Virus record (IMG/VR): IMGVR_UViG_3300018022_000004
DNA length: 24,724 nucleotides
Reading direction: 5' to 3' (one strand)
From: a virus
Made by a program: the position numbers and the translations under genes. Numbering within the stretch: position 1 is the first letter of the stretch; each line of letters opens with the position of its first letter. The notes beneath the pieces are model-generated. The model saw only the letters and a list, made by a program, of their open reading frames with translations. It was not told the DNA's origin and made no database searches. Below are positions 8,545 through 16,307 of the stretch, piece by piece.

Positions 8545-9101
8545 TAGATTTCACCCACGGTGGGCACGCTGCCCACATGGCTTGCCTGTATGAGGAGAAT
8601 ATGCTCCAGGAACTTATCCATGGGCATATCTCCTTTCATACGATTGCAGACTGAACAGCAAGGAGTTACATTCCCCACTTCGTATCCTCGGCTGCTATCA
8701 AGCCTGTCTATACCGTTAAGACCGTTCATGGGGAGGCTGCCACAGTAATGACATTTCCTCGTAATAAGGTCTTCAAAAGCCTCCTTGGATAGACCCCATA
8801 CCCTCTTTTTCTTCTGACAGCGGTATAGGTAGTCATTCCAGGCCGCATTCTTAGCCGCTCGCCCGTCTGGGAGCAGGTTATTTTTCCCATATTCGGAGGC
8901 TACCTCCCTTTGCAGGCAACCGCAACTCCTGGTATTATGTGTGACAAGCGCCACTCCAGGCACTACCGTCTTTTCTCCACAGACACACAGGCAGCCCCAA
9001 AGTGGCTGACCGTGCCTGTTCTTGCCAGCATACCCCTTGACGGTCAAACGCTCAAAAACTCGTGTCGTCAAGTCTCGGATTCTTCCATTCGGTAACTGCA
9101 T
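8544..9101 (-). CDS. Free-standing HNH (homing) endonuclease
   Basis: N-terminal DL...F.RLTV...W.C.C.CG...SCGC Zn/DNA-binding segment. C-terminal CHYCG...GIDRLDSSRGY..GNV.PCC..CN.MK HNH core. Visibly lower GC than the flanks. Confidence 0.9.
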   Translation of the reverse strand: MQLPNGRIRDLTTRVFERLTVKGYAGKNRHGQPLWGCLCVCGEKTVVPGVALVTHNTRSCGCLQREVASEYGKNNLLPDGRAAKNAAWNDYLYRCQKKKRVWGLSKEAFEDLITRKCHYCGSLPMNGLNGIDRLDSSRGYEVGNVTPCCSVCNRMKGDMPMDKFLEHILLIQASHVGSVPTVGEI

Positions 9102-10842
9102 CTTCCTTGTCCTTGTTCAGCTCTATGTCCTCCGCCCTGGGCTTGTTCACCAGGTCGTACTCCCTCATCAGGGCCGCTGCGTCGGTGGGCGGGGCAGAGG
9201 CGGTCTTCCTGCCCGTCTGCTCCATGCCCGGGAAGCTCAGCAGGGTGCCGCCCGTCAGCCCGCAGTGCATGTCCTGGCGGTACACGCAGTCGGCGCACTT
9301 TATGGCCCCGACGATGGCGTTGCTGACGCCTAGCTTCTGCTTCAGCAGGCGGCAGTCGATCTGGGACAGGCGTACCTTGGTGCCCTTGTCCCTCAGGGAG
9401 GCCACGAACTGCTTGACGGCGCTGCCTGCCTGGACCGAGCCTACCTTCAGGCTTCCCCTCCGGTATATCTCCTCCAGGGCCACCCCCCTCTTGTGCATCG
9501 CCTCGACCGTGTCGGCGCTGAACCCGGAGGACGCCTCGTGGTGCTCCTCCCTCGCCTGCTCCACGGTCTTAGCGGACACCTTCTGCACCGTCCTGCCGAC
9601 CATCCTTACCTGCTCTACCCTCTGCGGCTCACGGTTGGCCAGGGCGACGAGCGCTGCCCGCTTGCTGGCGGCCGGCACGCCTGCCGTCAGCCTGTTGACG
9701 ACCGCCCGCAGCTCCTCGGCGTTGGCCACCACCGGCAGGTGGTAGAGGTTGCAGGCCTTGTTCCTGAAGAAGGCGCAGCCCTCGCAGGCCGGCACCTTCT
9801 TGACGCTGGCGGCACGGGGGGCTATCCCCGCAGCCTTCCAGGCATTGTGCTGCCTCACGCAGTCGGCGCTGGTCTTCGGCTCGCCGGGGCTAACCCCACG
9901 GCGCTTCGCCATGCATTCGTCGCAGAGATAGGCCTTGAACGCCTCCCCCTCCAGGTTGGCCCAGCCGCCGCCTTGCTCCCCGAAAATCTTCTTCCTCCGG
10001 CATCCCGTGCATTCGGCATAGAACGGATGGCCCGTGACCGGCTGCCAGTTGTCTGCTACCTTCCTCCCCCCGCTCTTGGGCATCTGCCCTAGGTTGCGGC
10101 TGCACTGGGGACAGTAGTCGATGCTGTGCCGCCTCTCCGGCTTGACATCCTTGTTACACTTCGGGCAGAACGCCTTCTCTTCGGCCCCGACCTTCTCCCT
10201 CTCGTACGTGGGGCTGTGCTCGTCCATGTAGGCGTTGGGCTCAAGGTACGCCATGCCCAGGAGGCCCTGGTTCTGGTTGAGGTAGTTCATGCCCATGTTG
10301 TCCTTCTTGTTGAGCAGCTCTATCTCGGCCAGCTTCTCAAGCTGGGCGGCTACCCTGGCCGGGGGCGTGCCCTGGTTGAGGAGCCTCTTGACATAGGCCA
10401 CCGCCTCCTCGTCGGAGCGGTTGCGGTTGGCGACCCCCTCCCTCCCGTGCTCGTCCTTGGACGTGGCCTCGGACCTTGCCCGGTCCAGGCTCATGGTTAC
10501 TTCCTCGAACAGGGACTCGTCGTCCCCACGGCTGTTGCGGTAGTCGTCCGAGCGGACGCCGGAGGTCGTCCTGCGGGGGGACATGCCAATCCTCGGCAGG
10601 GCGTTCTCCTTCTCGTCCAGGCGGTTGAGCAGCGTGGCGGACCTGCTGGTCGGGGGCACCGGGGTGTGGTGGGAGTCCCCTGCCTCGTCGTCCAGGAAGC
10701 CGCTGTCCACGTACTCGTGCGCCCATCCTGCGACCTCGTCCCCGGACTTCTGGGCGTCCTTCAGGCCCGTGTCCTCCCAGTCCGGCTCCCTGTCGTCCAG
10801 GAAGCTGTCGATTATCGACGAGTATGTCTTTTCGTTAGCCAT
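9052..10842 (-). CDS. Cys-rich modular putative virion protein (596 aa)
   Basis: SD GGAAGG upstream. CxxC modules bracketed by KVG, KVA and KTS. Two similar Cys clusters (CEGC.F....C.LY.L and CADC.Y....C.LTG). KTAS near the C-terminus. Confidence 0.85.
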   Translation of the reverse strand: MANEKTYSSIIDSFLDDREPDWEDTGLKDAQKSGDEVAGWAHEYVDSGFLDDEAGDSHHTPVPPTSRSATLLNRLDEKENALPRIGMSPRRTTSGVRSDDYRNSRGDDESLFEEVTMSLDRARSEATSKDEHGREGVANRNRSDEEAVAYVKRLLNQGTPPARVAAQLEKLAEIELLNKKDNMGMNYLNQNQGLLGMAYLEPNAYMDEHSPTYEREKVGAEEKAFCPKCNKDVKPERRHSIDYCPQCSRNLGQMPKSGGRKVADNWQPVTGHPFYAECTGCRRKKIFGEQGGGWANLEGEAFKAYLCDECMAKRRGVSPGEPKTSADCVRQHNAWKAAGIAPRAASVKKVPACEGCAFFRNKACNLYHLPVVANAEELRAVVNRLTAGVPAASKRAALVALANREPQRVEQVRMVGRTVQKVSAKTVEQAREEHHEASSGFSADTVEAMHKRGVALEEIYRRGSLKVGSVQAGSAVKQFVASLRDKGTKVRLSQIDCRLLKQKLGVSNAIVGAIKCADCVYRQDMHCGLTGGTLLSFPGMEQTGRKTASAPPTDAAALMREYDLVNKPRAEDIELNKDKEDAVTEWKNPRLDDTSF

Positions 10843-10866
10843 TTTCCAGCCCCTTCCTTGCGTCTA

Positions 10867-11157
10867 CTAGAACGTGAGGTCCCCCAGGATGTCCTCAAGG
10901 AACCCTGCCGGGTTGTCCTGGGGCGCTGCCGCCAGACTCTCCCCGTTGTCGATCTCGTTCCCCACCAGCCTGACTATCTTGTTGCCCCTCACCTGCCAGA
11001 AGTCCCTGGTGGACTCGCATATGAAGGTGTTGCCTGCGCACCTCTGGAGGCCCATGGAGGCGGCCTTGCGCAGCACCCCCGTGCTCCCCCTGGGGAGGTG
11101 GTTGGACAGCCCTGCTGCCCCCACCCCGAACGGCACCTGTACCCAAAGCCTGCCCAT
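10867..11157 (-). CDS. Small hypothetical protein (96 aa), first gene of the minus-strand operon
   Basis: TAGGAGAAGGAT SD before ATG; contains RKAAS. Confidence 0.8.
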   Translation of the reverse strand: MGRLWVQVPFGVGAAGLSNHLPRGSTGVLRKAASMGLQRCAGNTFICESTRDFWQVRGNKIVRLVGNEIDNGESLAAAPQDNPAGFLEDILGDLTF

Positions 11158-11163
11158 ATCCTT

Positions 11164-11187
11164 CTCCTAAGGATGGTTCCGGTAGTC
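11164..11187 (-). promoter_or_regulatory. Candidate late promoter GACTACC-N11-TAGGAG
   Basis: Same layout as AATTATC-N11-TAGGAG at 16308-16331. Both head putative virion gene blocks. TAGGAG also serves as the SD. Confidence 0.3.
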
Positions 11188-11192
11188 GCTGA

Positions 11193-11226
11193 TTTCCGTT
11201 TTTTTACCCCGTTTCGGGTGTATAGT
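11193..11226 (+). promoter_or_regulatory. Promoter motif copy (TTTCCG...GTATAGT)
   Basis: GTATAGT-ACAGGC-ATG closely matches GTATAGT-CAAGGC-ATG at 633-618. A weaker upstream element sits at the same 27-nt offset. Confidence 0.55.
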
Positions 11227-11232
11227 ACAGGC

Positions 11233-11313
11233 ATGCGGGAGGACTCAGGCCCCCCGTGCATCCTAGCTTACTGTGGGGAGGACAGAAACCCTATGCTCTG
11301 CCTCGGCGTCTAA
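11233..11313 (+). CDS. Possible leaderless 26-aa peptide (MREDSGPPCILAYCGEDRNPMLCLGV)
   Basis: ATG lies exactly 6 nt after GTATAGT, as for the genes starting at 620 and 23200. Confidence 0.3.
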   Translation: MREDSGPPCILAYCGEDRNPMLCLGV

Positions 11314-11406
11314 GAAGATGCCGGTATTCCCGTAGAATCCGGTATTAGGCTTGGACGGGCGCAGCTCTGCCCGTAACCGTCACAATATATGTCAGGAGGC
11401 CAGAGA

Positions 11407-11970
11407 ATGGAGACTGCTCGTCCCAAGACCCCGCCGTCCCCTGCCCAGGGGAGGTCGGAGACCAACTCCAGCATATACCGCAGGATAGCGCCGGAGGACG
11501 ACGTGCCGGACATGCCGGTAGGAGACCTCGTCGCCAGGGCCATAGCCAGGGCCCTGGCCGAGGAGCTTGCCAGCGACGGCAGGTTCATCGGCAGGCTGGC
11601 CGAGGCCATCGTGGACAGGATGTCGAGGCACGAGGGGGCGGAGTTCACCGAGGCGGACCTCAAGGACGCCACGGACGACACTCCCCCCCGGCCCCTCGTC
11701 CTGCCGGGCGTCGTCCCGATAGACGTTGTCCCCGAACCCGCTCCGGTGGTGGAGGCGGGCACGGGGACTGCCGTCTCCGAGGCCCCCAGGGGGAGGCCCG
11801 ACAGGAAGGCCCTCAGGGGGTCGGCAGCCTACCGGGCACGCAAGGCATGGACCCAGAAGAACTACTACCGCAGGCTGAAGGGCCTGCCCCTCCTTCCCAG
11901 GCCGGACTCGTGGGACGCCCCGAAGAAGAAGGACGAGGCCGAGACGCCCCCCAAGCCGGAGGACGGCTGA
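11407..11970 (+). CDS. Hypothetical protein with a basic C-terminal helix (possible DNA-binding)
   Basis: AGGAGG SD 7 nt before ATG 11407; AYRARKAWTQKNYYRRLKG basic segment. Confidence 0.75.
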   Translation: METARPKTPPSPAQGRSETNSSIYRRIAPEDDVPDMPVGDLVARAIARALAEELASDGRFIGRLAEAIVDRMSRHEGAEFTEADLKDATDDTPPRPLVLPGVVPIDVVPEPAPVVEAGTGTAVSEAPRGRPDRKALRGSAAYRARKAWTQKNYYRRLKGLPLLPRPDSWDAPKKKDEAETPPKPEDG

Positions 11971-12069
11971 GCCGCCTAGGGTAATAAGAGCAGGCAGCGA
12001 AAAGGGGCCGCAGCAGGCCCGCCCAAGGTAGTCTTCGCCCCGACCGTCCCCCCTCCCGAGGGGGCAGTA

Positions 12070-12867
12070 GTGGCCGCCAGGGAGGGGTATACGGGGGACA
12101 GGTTCTACGTGTCCCCGGACGGGCACTTCGTCGGCGACGACGGGTTCGTGGTCCCCAGGGACTTCCAGGAGTTCTACGGGCGCTGGCCCAGCTACATCCG
12201 CAACTGGGTCAAGAAGCGCCTCTACAGCCATGCCCCCGAGGAGGACGTGGAGGACTGGGCGCAGGACCTCCTCATGCACCTGCAATTCCTGCCTGCGGAG
12301 TCCAAGCACCGTGATGCCGGGAAGAGCGACGTCATCCAGACCTTCAACCCCTTCCAGCAGTACGGGGCCTCGGAGCGCAGGTTCAGGAACTACATCAACT
12401 TCTGCCTCAACAACAAGTTCAGGACCATGGGGGGCAAGCTGTCCCGTAACCCCCTGAGCCACCCGGCCAACGTGTCCATCATCCCCGACCACGAGGGGCA
12501 CAGCCATAGCCCCTCGTGCTCGGAGGGCACGGACGAGTACATCTACCAGCACTCCAAGCGCCTGTCCAGGGCCAGCCAGAGGGAGTTCCAGACGCAGGAG
12601 GACCGCCTGTTCACCAGCCAGTTCCTCAGCTTCGTGGCCCTGGCCGACCCGGAGGTGGCCCCCATCCTCGGCGCAGTATGGCAGGCAGGGGGGAGCTTCA
12701 CCGACGCCAGGCGCTTCTGGTGCTCCACGTGCGGGGCGCTGGCCAGCGTCCCCGAGGTGGACTCCGGCAAGCACCTGGGCCATGGCCTGGGCATAGAGCA
12801 GAGGCAGTTCAACCGCTTCCGCAGCAGGCTCAAGGAGCTTGCGGTAAAGTTCGTGGACGAGGACTGA
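12070..12867 (+). CDS. Phage sigma70/ECF-like sigma factor
   Basis: Region-2-like pattern YIRNWVKKRL...EDVEDWAQDLLMHL...FNP...FRNYINFCLNNKFR. Region-4-like end LGIEQRQFNRFRSRLKEL. GTG start with GAGGGGG SD. Confidence 0.65.
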   Translation: MAAREGYTGDRFYVSPDGHFVGDDGFVVPRDFQEFYGRWPSYIRNWVKKRLYSHAPEEDVEDWAQDLLMHLQFLPAESKHRDAGKSDVIQTFNPFQQYGASERRFRNYINFCLNNKFRTMGGKLSRNPLSHPANVSIIPDHEGHSHSPSCSEGTDEYIYQHSKRLSRASQREFQTQEDRLFTSQFLSFVALADPEVAPILGAVWQAGGSFTDARRFWCSTCGALASVPEVDSGKHLGHGLGIEQRQFNRFRSRLKELAVKFVDED

Positions 12868-12889
12868 GATCAAAGGAGGATATACTGAC

Positions 12890-13222
12890 ATGCCGTACAT
12901 AGCCGATAAGGACAGGAAAGCCCTGGACCCGACCATAGAGCTGCTGGCCCGCCAGATAGCCGCCATATCCAGGGGATATGGGTACGACGGGGCGTTCGCC
13001 GGGATACTCAACTACGCCTGCACCACGCTCGCCATGAGGGTGGCCAGGGAGCTGTTCGGCAAGATGCGCTACTGGATAATCGCCATCGTGACGGGGACGT
13101 TCAAGAACATCGCCGACGAGTTCTACCGCAGGGTGGCGTCCCCCTACGAGGACAAGCAGATAGCCAAGTCCGGGGACATCAGGGAATACCAGGAACTCAG
13201 CGAGGAGATAGGGCTGCTATGA
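12890..13222 (+). CDS. DUF6899-like protein
   Basis: MPYI...R, G.LNY..T.L and EFYRR...PYED.....GD signature; AAGGAGG SD. The family name is from recall. Confidence 0.75.
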   Translation: MPYIADKDRKALDPTIELLARQIAAISRGYGYDGAFAGILNYACTTLAMRVARELFGKMRYWIIAIVTGTFKNIADEFYRRVASPYEDKQIAKSGDIREYQELSEEIGLL

Positions 13223-13653
13223 GGGTATACCTGGCAGGGCCGCTGTTCACGGCAGCGGAGAGGGGGTTCAACGAAGAGCTGGCAAGGCACCTGAAGCATG
13301 CCGGGCACGAGGTATGGCTCCCGCAGGACAGGGAGAAGGCACTCATGGACCGGAGTGCCTCCGGGCTGTTCCTCGACGACGTGCTGGGCCTGGACTGGGC
13401 AGAGGCCGTGGTCGCCAACCTGGACGGTGCCGACCCGGACAGCGGGACCTCCTGGGAGTGCGGCTATGCCTATAGGAAGAAGCCCATCGTGGCGTTCAGG
13501 ACGGACATACGGTCAGCAGGCGAGAACAGGGATGCGCCGTGCAACATCATGCCCTGGCAGAGCGCCGGGTACAAGGTCCTGATGCCGCTGGACGGCGTGG
13601 GGGAGATTGCAGGCCGTATCATCGGCTGGCTGCAAGTCCTGGAGAGGAAGTAG
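13219..13653 (+). CDS. Nucleoside 2-deoxyribosyltransferase / nucleotide N-glycosidase family protein
   Basis: VYLAGPLF, LPQ, D...LD.AEAVVA.LDG...DSGT.WECGYA and KPIVAFRTD.R motifs; ATGA overlap with the upstream gene. Confidence 0.9.
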   Translation: MRVYLAGPLFTAAERGFNEELARHLKHAGHEVWLPQDREKALMDRSASGLFLDDVLGLDWAEAVVANLDGADPDSGTSWECGYAYRKKPIVAFRTDIRSAGENRDAPCNIMPWQSAGYKVLMPLDGVGEIAGRIIGWLQVLERK

Positions 13654-13654
13654 C

Positions 13655-14263
13655 ATGCAGCTCTGCACGTACAAGTACGAGGGGATAGCCAAGAGGCAGG
13701 GCTATGCCGTCGTGGCAGGCGTGGACGAGGTAGGGAGGGGGAGCCTGTTCGGCCCGGTGGTGGCGGCTGCGGTGTACTACCCCCACGGGCGCAGGTTCCG
13801 CATCAGGGGGATGAGGGACTCCAAGCAGCTCACCCCCATGCAGAGGGGGATGCTGGACAGCCTGATACGCATCCACGGGCGGTACGGTGTAGGGGCGGCG
13901 GACTCCAGGTATATCGACGAGCACGGCATCCGGGCGGCCACCCAGCTCGCCATGGCAAGGGCCGTCGCCGCCCTGCCGGAGGAGGCGGAGTACGTGCTGG
14001 TGGACGGGGACATGAGGATAGGGGGCCTCCCCCTCCCGCAGAGGACGATAGTCCACGGCGACTCCCTGTCGGTGAGCATCGCCTCCGCCAGCATAGTGGC
14101 GAAGGTCTTCAGGGACGAACTGGTCGTGTCCCTTGCCGTCAACTGGCCAGGGTATGGGCTGGAGCGCCACAAGGGGTACCCGACGCCGGAGCACCTCAGG
14201 GCGCTGCGGGAGCACGGGCCGACGCCCATGCACAGGATGACGTTCACGGGGGTGGCAGGATGA
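13655..14263 (+). CDS. rnhB: Ribonuclease HII
   Basis: GVDEVGRG.LFGPVVAAAV, DSKQLT, LVDG, GDS.S.SIA.ASIVAKV.RD, HKGYPT.EH and HRMTF motifs. Confidence 0.95.
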   Translation: MQLCTYKYEGIAKRQGYAVVAGVDEVGRGSLFGPVVAAAVYYPHGRRFRIRGMRDSKQLTPMQRGMLDSLIRIHGRYGVGAADSRYIDEHGIRAATQLAMARAVAALPEEAEYVLVDGDMRIGGLPLPQRTIVHGDSLSVSIASASIVAKVFRDELVVSLAVNWPGYGLERHKGYPTPEHLRALREHGPTPMHRMTFTGVAG

Positions 14264-14433
14264 TGACAAGGGAGGACAAGCGCCTGGCCACGGAGACCAG
14301 GATAACCCACTATGCAGACCGCATCAGGTTCCTGCATGACCATATCGTATGCCTGAGGGCATGCCTCGGCAACCCGGACATGGTGAGGCTATACCTGAAG
14401 GGGGCGGAGGAGGAGCTGGCGATGCCAGCCTGA
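14260..14433 (+). CDS. Small hypothetical protein (57 aa, MMTREDKRLATETRITHYADRIRFLH...)
   Basis: ATGA overlap with the rnhB stop; fills the gap before the next promoter. Below the ORF-track cutoff. Confidence 0.5.
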   Translation: MMTREDKRLATETRITHYADRIRFLHDHIVCLRACLGNPDMVRLYLKGAEEELAMPA

Positions 14434-14465
14434 GGCTGAAGCCCAAGAGGAGAGCGTAGGCCTTA

Positions 14466-14499
14466 TCCCCGGCACCCGCCCCGTGCCTGGATGTATTAT
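14466..14499 (+). promoter_or_regulatory. Promoter motif copy (TCCCCGGCA-N18-GTATTAT)
   Basis: Same 27-nt offset between TCCCC and GTAT; followed by AGGAGGAGG SD and ATG 14516. Confidence 0.6.
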
Positions 14500-14515
14500 A
14501 GGCAGGAGGAGGCAT

Positions 14516-15553
14516 ATGCCGAAGATATGCTACCAGCACCGCTCCTTCCAGCCTGACAGCCTGGCCGTGGTAGGCCAGTGCGACACCATCATCAAGGAGT
14601 ATGTTGCCCAGGGGTACAAGCTGACCCTCCGGCAGCTCTACTACGTCCTCGTAGCCAGGGACCTGTTCCCGGACGAGCGCAAGTGGAGGCGTGTCCCCGG
14701 CACTGCCGACAAGTGGGCCCGGGACCCGGCAGGCACGAAGAACGCCACGCCCAACTACAAGTGGCTCGGCGGGCTGGTGAACGACGGCCGCCTGGCTGGC
14801 CTGCTTGACTGGGACGCCATCGAGGACCGCACCCGCAACCTCAAGGCCATTAGCCACTGGGACAGCCCGAGCGATATCATGGACTCGGCCGCCAGCGGCT
14901 TCCGTGTGGACAAGTGGGGCGACCAGGAGTGCCGGGTGGAGGTCTGGATAGAGAAGGAGGCCCTGGAGGGCGTCTTCGACCGCATCTGCAAGAGCCTTGA
15001 CGTGCCCCTGTTCGCCTGCCGTGGCTATACCTCCCAGTCGGAGATGTGGGGGGCAGCCATGCGGTTCCTGAAGTACATCTCAGACGACGACAAGGATGTC
15101 CATGTGTTCCACTTCGGGGACCACGACCCCTCGGGCATCGACATGACCCGTGACATCCAGGAGCGGCTGCGGATGTTCATTGCCTACCACCTCGGGGGCG
15201 AGGAGGCGGAGCGCCTGACAATCACCCGTGTCGCCCTGAACATAGACCAGGTCAGGAAGTACAACCCTCCCGAGAACCCCGCCAAGGCCACCGACAGCCG
15301 GTTCGAGGACTATGTGTCCAAGTTCGGCGACTCGTCATGGGAGCTTGACGCCCTTACCCCCCCGGTCCTTGCCGGGCTGGTAAGGAAGAACGTGCGGTCC
15401 GTGCGGGACGAGGCCCTGTGGGAAGCGCAGGTGGAGAGGGAGAGCCGGGACCGGGCCACCCTGTCCGTCATATCCGGCCACTGGGCAGAGGTCGAGAGCC
15501 ATTCCAGCAAGAAGTGGGGAAGGGAAATCAGCAAGAGGACCAAGGAGGGATAG
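14516..15553 (+). CDS. Topoisomerase VI-A/Spo11-like winged-helix + TOPRIM protein (stand-alone, Mini-A-like)
   Basis: TLRQLYY (candidate catalytic Tyr), VEVWIEK.AL, RGY.S, GDHDPSG (DxD), RVAL..DQV and WELDAL motifs. Confidence 0.85.
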   Translation: MPKICYQHRSFQPDSLAVVGQCDTIIKEYVAQGYKLTLRQLYYVLVARDLFPDERKWRRVPGTADKWARDPAGTKNATPNYKWLGGLVNDGRLAGLLDWDAIEDRTRNLKAISHWDSPSDIMDSAASGFRVDKWGDQECRVEVWIEKEALEGVFDRICKSLDVPLFACRGYTSQSEMWGAAMRFLKYISDDDKDVHVFHFGDHDPSGIDMTRDIQERLRMFIAYHLGGEEAERLTITRVALNIDQVRKYNPPENPAKATDSRFEDYVSKFGDSSWELDALTPPVLAGLVRKNVRSVRDEALWEAQVERESRDRATLSVISGHWAEVESHSSKKWGREISKRTKEG

Positions 15554-15560
15554 GCCCCCC

Positions 15561-16301
15561 ATGAGGTGGAAGGTAGTACCCATCTGCAAGTACCAGGCGC
15601 TCGACGTGCGCCCCGAGGACCTGCTGAACGGCGGGGACTTCAGGAGGTGCGAGACCTACCGGGGCGGCGGAGGGTACGACCAGTTCCCCGCCATCTGCGA
15701 GAGGCGGCTCGGGCGCAGGCTGCACTCCCAGTTCGTGGCGCAGGTGTTCGGGTGCTCCCTGGACTGCCCCTACTGCTACGTCACCAGGACGGGCGTGTGG
15801 GGGAAGTGGAGGGAGTACACCTCCGAGAGGCTGGTTAAGGCCTTCGAGCACAGCGGCCAGGAGGTGTTCCACCTTATGGGCGGTGCCCCCGCCCTCTACC
15901 TCGATAGCTGGCACGAGATTGTCTCCCGCCTGCCCAGGCGGGCGGTGTTCCACTCCGACTTCCTGCTGGTGGAGAGGCCGTACCGCATGCACACCCTGTC
16001 CTACCTTGCCGACCACAGGGACTCCTGCCTGTTCGCCGTGGGCATCAAGGGCACCAGCAGGGAGGACTTCGAGAGGAACACCCGCAAGCCCTACCAGGAG
16101 GAGCTGCTCTGGGCCAACCTGGACCGCATGGTAACGGCGGAAGTCCCGTTCTACCTTACCTTTACGAACCCCGACATGTCCCGCTACGGCGAGTTCTGCG
16201 GCAGGCTGAGGGAGAGGTTCGGGGAGGGCATCCTCGCCGACAGCTTCATAATCCCCCTCATCGAGTACAGGGCGGTGCCGTTCGTGGACCTTGTCCCCTA
16301 G
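15561..16301 (+). CDS. Radical SAM family protein
   Basis: GCSLDCPYCYV (CxxxCxxC) and HLMGGAP (GGE/xP-like) motifs; GGAGG SD. Confidence 0.8.
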   Translation: MRWKVVPICKYQALDVRPEDLLNGGDFRRCETYRGGGGYDQFPAICERRLGRRLHSQFVAQVFGCSLDCPYCYVTRTGVWGKWREYTSERLVKAFEHSGQEVFHLMGGAPALYLDSWHEIVSRLPRRAVFHSDFLLVERPYRMHTLSYLADHRDSCLFAVGIKGTSREDFERNTRKPYQEELLWANLDRMVTAEVPFYLTFTNPDMSRYGEFCGRLRERFGEGILADSFIIPLIEYRAVPFVDLVP

Positions 16302-16307
16302 AAAACC

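Noticed and set aside
8544-9101. Group I intron or intein hosting the HNH
   Set aside because: The ORF overlaps both neighbours, leaving no room for an intron core, and it has its own start and stop.
14516-15553. Wadjet (JetD) defence system
   Set aside because: No jetABC/SMC genes nearby; the context is phage early/middle genes.
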